Below, in pieces: positions 59,125 to 64,000 of a DNA stretch of 64,000 bases. Made by a program: the position numbers and the translations under genes. Below the pieces are notes generated by a model that saw nothing but the letters and a program-made list of their open reading frames with translations, was not told the DNA's origin and ran no database searches. The DNA is from the human T2T-CHM13v2.0 reference genome, Homo sapiens. Location of the stretch: assembly GCF_009914755.1 (NCBI RefSeq), contig NC_060936.1, one strand, 5' to 3'. Position 1 is the first letter of the stretch. Every line of letters starts with the position of its first letter.

Positions 59125-59537
59125 ACCTTAAAATCATCAGACACTGCATAAATGTGAAGGCCTAGGCTGATTTTTTTTTGAACTGGATATTATGAAAGAT
59201 ACAAAGGTTGAGGCTATAAACTTCAAAGCTGCCAGGATAGACTAAAACTTCATAACCAATCCACAAGATGCCAGCATTCCATCAGTGCTCAAAAATCCAA
59301 GAACGCACATGGGTCATTACAGTGTTCATGTTATTTGAAAGGAAATGCAAATATGGTAACATTTCATTTGGAAAAAGAAAAAGAATATATATGAACTACC
59401 ACAAGTTTTCCAATATCTGTCTTTAAACTCCTAAGAGCTAATATGTAACAAATTTAAAGAGAGAATATTTGGTGAGAGAAGGTGGGGGTTTTCCTATTCA
59501 GCTTAATGGTAATTTTTAGAATTTCCTATTCAAGAAA

Positions 59538-59551
59538 CCACTAGATGGCCC
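59538..59551 (+). promoter_or_regulatory. CTCF motif (forward orientation)
   Basis: aaCCACTAGATGGCCCta; one mismatch to CCASYAGRKGGCRS, in non-repeat sequence. Confidence 0.5.
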
Positions 59552-62419
59552 TAAAGCCCACCTTTATCAAAACACACACACAGAGAGCTGGCAAGACGAA
59601 GAAGAAAAAAATTTAGCCATTTGCTCATAAGTTAAAACTGAAAAAAGATAATTCATACAAAGACATAAGGTCTATCCTGTGTTTACTTAAGGTTTTAAGA
59701 AAATCAAGTTTTGCTACAAAACTTGGAGCATTTTTCTTTCTGGGAACATATAAGTACATATCATAATAACCAACTTCTCTACAACATGCATGATTTTTGA
59801 TGGTGCTAATATACTAGTGGTTAGATTTTCCAAGATTGATCGAATTATTAGAGCTTCTAAGCAGAAATTACATAGTAAAGAAATCCAATACATAAGAAAT
59901 AGTGAACTTGAGTGAGATTACAACTCAGCTGAGTTGTTTGATCAGCATAAGAAACAGTACTACACAGCCTCTTTCACAACCATGTGCTGACATAGTGCAC
60001 AGAGTGTTCCTGGCTCCCGTGGCCTCCCGTATCCTACCCTGGCACTTCCATTCCTCACTGGTTCCTGCGTTTCTGTCTGCCGCTCTGCAGGGACAAGGAC
60101 TGTGGCTCTCTTGTGCAAGGTTACCTCTCCATCACCTATTGTAACTGGTCATTGGAGCATTTCTGGCATGCCAGTGCCAACTATAGTGTGCTTAAAACAT
60201 ATCCACCAAAGTTTTACACCGTACTTAGAAGTGTTCCATGTTATTTGTATTTAGAGCTATAAATCAGTTGATTTATTCAAATCAGAAATACAAATGAGAT
60301 AAAGGGACAAAGTTCCACAATTCTGCTGATTCAAAGTAAAAATAAGGTATTAGTCCAGGTAGAGTGGAAAGCACAAATTCATCAGCAGTAACAAGTGGAA
60401 GCCAGGCGTGTCCATGAGAACAGTGGAAGTCTCCTGGGAATTAGGAGACATCTTGGAGAAGACAGTGGGTTTTTCCACAGGGCATAAAATGGGTATTCAA
60501 GCCAATCTGATTAAAATCTTCAGAGGCAAAAGACCCTAGCAGACCCAAAGTTATTATATAAGCATTTTAAAATAGAAACTGCATAGAGAAGTGGCAGCTG
60601 AAATACAAATGACAAAAAGGCTTTGGGTAAATTGGCTCAGGAGCTTTGTGATGCTAAAGAAAATGGAATCAGCCACAGGCAACAGAGAAGGCAGATGGGG
60701 AAAGACACAGTCCTGAGGAATAACCTTTGCAAGCACATCTGCGACGTGACACAGCCACTGAACATTCCCTGAATACAGCCGATAAGATCAAGAGCGAGCA
60801 TTTCTTAATCAGTCATTGCTCTAGAGTCTTCAACACAAATGCCTAGATTTTTCTGGTAAAAGAAAAGCTCATTCCATGAGTGAGCAGCAAGTTAATAAGG
60901 AGAGAAAAATTATCCTGCCCTTTTCTCTGTTTTGTTTTTCCTATCACTCCTTCTCCTATTAAGGTTAATTTTATGTTTGAGAAGAGCATGTGTTTTCATT
61001 ATCAGGAAAAAAATGTCTGTTTTTAAAATGTATTAGCATATTTTATTTGTTTTTGTCATAATGCACCCAGAAATAAAAGAAACCACAAAAGTCCATGTGA
61101 TGACTCATGAGTTTTTATTTCTCTTGGGTATACCTGGTTTCTTTACAGGAGCGTCACCCTTCTCCTGACTGAACCAGGCACCTGGGGAAATCTTTCCATA
61201 GCACTGGTTTCTGATTTGCAAGTTCACTCATCACAATTTATCAAATGAAGTGGGTTCACTCATCTAACTTCTACTGAATGCCTAGTATATGCTATAGATA
61301 TAGAAATAAATAAGCCCAAAGTCCTACCTACAAAAAAGTCATGACTACTAAAAAAGAAATAAAACTGTGATTATAAGATACTGTGGTAAATGTTGCAATT
61401 AAGGTTCACATCGTGTAAAGCTTTGGGCTGCATGCTATATTTATTTCTCAGGAATCCATTCCAAGGCAAGAAAACCCAACCAATACTCAGCTAAACAAAA
61501 AGACATTTATTTGTCTCAGACAACACAAAAGCCAGGGAGGTAGGCAGTCCAGGGCTGGGAAAATAGCTCCCTAATGTATCAGGGACCCAGGCTCGTCTGT
61601 CTTTACCACTCCTTCACCACCATCCTTGGCTTGGAGGCATTTGTCTTCATATTTGCTGCCTTGTGGTTGTAAGGTGGCTGCTACATTTTGAAACATCACA
61701 TCTGTTCATGTTCCAGGCAGGGAGAAGGGGGAAGAACAAAGGGCAAAATGAGTCATGTTAGCCCATTTTTTGCTTTTTTATCAGGAAAACAAAAAATTTC
61801 CCAGAGACCCCAGCACATAGACATTGTTTTATCTTATCCGTCAGAGCTGTGTCACAAAGCCACCCTGGCCAGAAGGTGGCTAGCGAAAAGCGGGCATGGG
61901 ATAGGAATTAGGCTGGCGGACCCACAGCGTGAGACACTAATGTACCCCACATGCTCCTGTTGCTATCTTCTACCCATTTGAGCAACTACTGTCCTCTCTA
62001 TTCTGCATGCTGGCTAGGAGAGCCTAGGCAACAAACAGTCCACAGGTATGCCTATGGTTACTGCTATTTCAACAGAGTTCACTGGAGTAAGATGATGAGG
62101 GAGGAAGTTCATCTTTTTGAGGATTTACCCCCTGTTTACATTCAGTCTTTCCATGTTGAACTAGAAATTCAAAGAGGAGGCATCATGTCTCCTTAAATAT
62201 ATGTATCTTTCCCCTCTTTGGAGATCAGGATCTGTTTTAGACTGTGGGGAATTCAGTAGCCCCAACTCTGTTTTCAGGTGAGGTAACTGAAACCTCCCTG
62301 CTTCAGCAGTGCGATTCCCACTACCTGTTTACAAGAGAACTGAATATCCCCTCCCCTAGGGATCCTCTGCTGGAACTCCGATTACCCCATAAGTTGCTGT
62401 TAAATCAGTGAATGGCATT

Positions 62420-62610
62420 CATTAGGCACATATCATGTGACAAGCAGTGTATCATATTCCTCTAATTCTTCAAAAACAACTTTATGAGAGAGGTACTAAC
62501 GTCATCTATTTAACCATGAGGAAGTCAAAGCACACAGAAGTTAAGTCATTTGTCCAAGGTTACATGGCTAATATGCAGTGAGGCAGGGATTCAAACCCAG
62601 GCAGTTGGCT
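62420..62610 (-). mobile_element. MIR
   Basis: gttaagtcatttgtccaaggttacatggctaa...gggattcaaacccaggcag. Confidence 0.75.
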
Positions 62611-62938
62611 TCTTATGGAGAACTGGGCAAGGGATCTTAGTACTAAATCAGCTAACCTCATCTAGTGGAAATGTCATTCTCAGAGTTCTTCAGGCTGCAG
62701 ACACCAGGCTTCTGTAACTAGCTCTAGGTCAGTTTGGAAAGGTGCATGGTAAACACCAATAATTTAGGAATATAAGGCAGCTTAAGATTTTAATTCATTC
62801 ATTCTTCAATAAATATTTATTGAACCCCTGAAACGTGCTAGGTTTCACTCCATGGCCTGGGGATTCAACTATGGGCAAGAGAGCATGGTCCCTTACCTGA
62901 AAGTTTACTGTTTCTAGGGAAGACAAGGAATTAAGTAA

Positions 62939-63366
<428 letters not shown>

Positions 63367-64000
63367 TAAGAGGAAGTAACATTTGAGTTCTCTGATATGT
63401 TGCAGTTAGCCAGACAAAGATCCTGACTGGAAAGATTCTGACTGGAAAGAAGAGGTATGGGTGTTTGTGTAGTTCTAGAGCGGGGAAAACCTAGTTTGTT
63501 GAAGAACTGGAATGAATTGCAAAACCCCCTGAAGTAAAAGATACCTGAAGAGGTGGGCAGAAGTGGAGTCATGAAGAGCTCTGTGACCTTCTAAGCCAAC
63601 TTAAGGTCAAGTATTTTGTTTATGGATTTAATTTTTTTTACAGTTATAATCACAATGTCCCCAGTAAAGAAACCATAATATAGCTCATGTTGTTTTTGTT
63701 CTTAATTAGCTTGTTAACTTCATGGTACATTGACCACTTAAAAATGAGATTTATTCTTCTCATTAACTTTAAAATGTTTGGAAATGAATTGCTTAATATC
63801 AGAAAACATTTCTTATGCTTTTTGAGAGAGGAAAATAGGTGAGCGTCTATTTATTATCTGGTGATGTCTATGTGCTGGAGTCTTGGTTCTCCCTATTTCA
63901 TGATTCCTGATAAAAGACTTATGCCTCCGTTCTTGTAGCCCATTCAGAGACCAGGTTTAGGCGTGAGTGCCACCAAACAAATTAGAGTTTTTGCCAGAGT

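Overview
Human non-coding DNA (a gene desert or large intron); the L1HS-Ta and AluYa5 diagnostics identify it as human. I can support no cellular protein-coding exon, RNA gene or CpG island. Every long ORF is L1-derived, Alu-derived or low-complexity. Positions 1-27 kb are almost all nested LINE-1. A young L1HS Ta-1 fragment sits inside an antisense L1PA7/8-like element. An old L1M is split by a full-length L1PA15/16-like element that itself holds an AluYd, a 5'-truncated L1PA8-like insert and a full-length L1PA4/3 in its tail. Positions 27-64 kb are a patchwork of Alu, L2, MIR, LTR and DNA-transposon relics, with two strong CTCF motifs in divergent orientation. I found no new multi-gene system. 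The most unusual signals are atypical retrotransposition or repair scars read from target-site duplications (TSDs): (1) an L1 3'-transduction of ~315 bp inside an 18-bp TSD (13783-15803); (2) a tail-less MER41 ERV transcript fragment flanked by an L1-type 12-bp TSD (53916-54337); (3) an L1PA5 with a 77-bp flanking duplication (36846-38225); (4) an Alu 3' end rebuilt into nested perfect palindromes (29403-29481). Subfamily names come from recalled consensus sequences, not a database search. Boundaries of old repeats are approximate.
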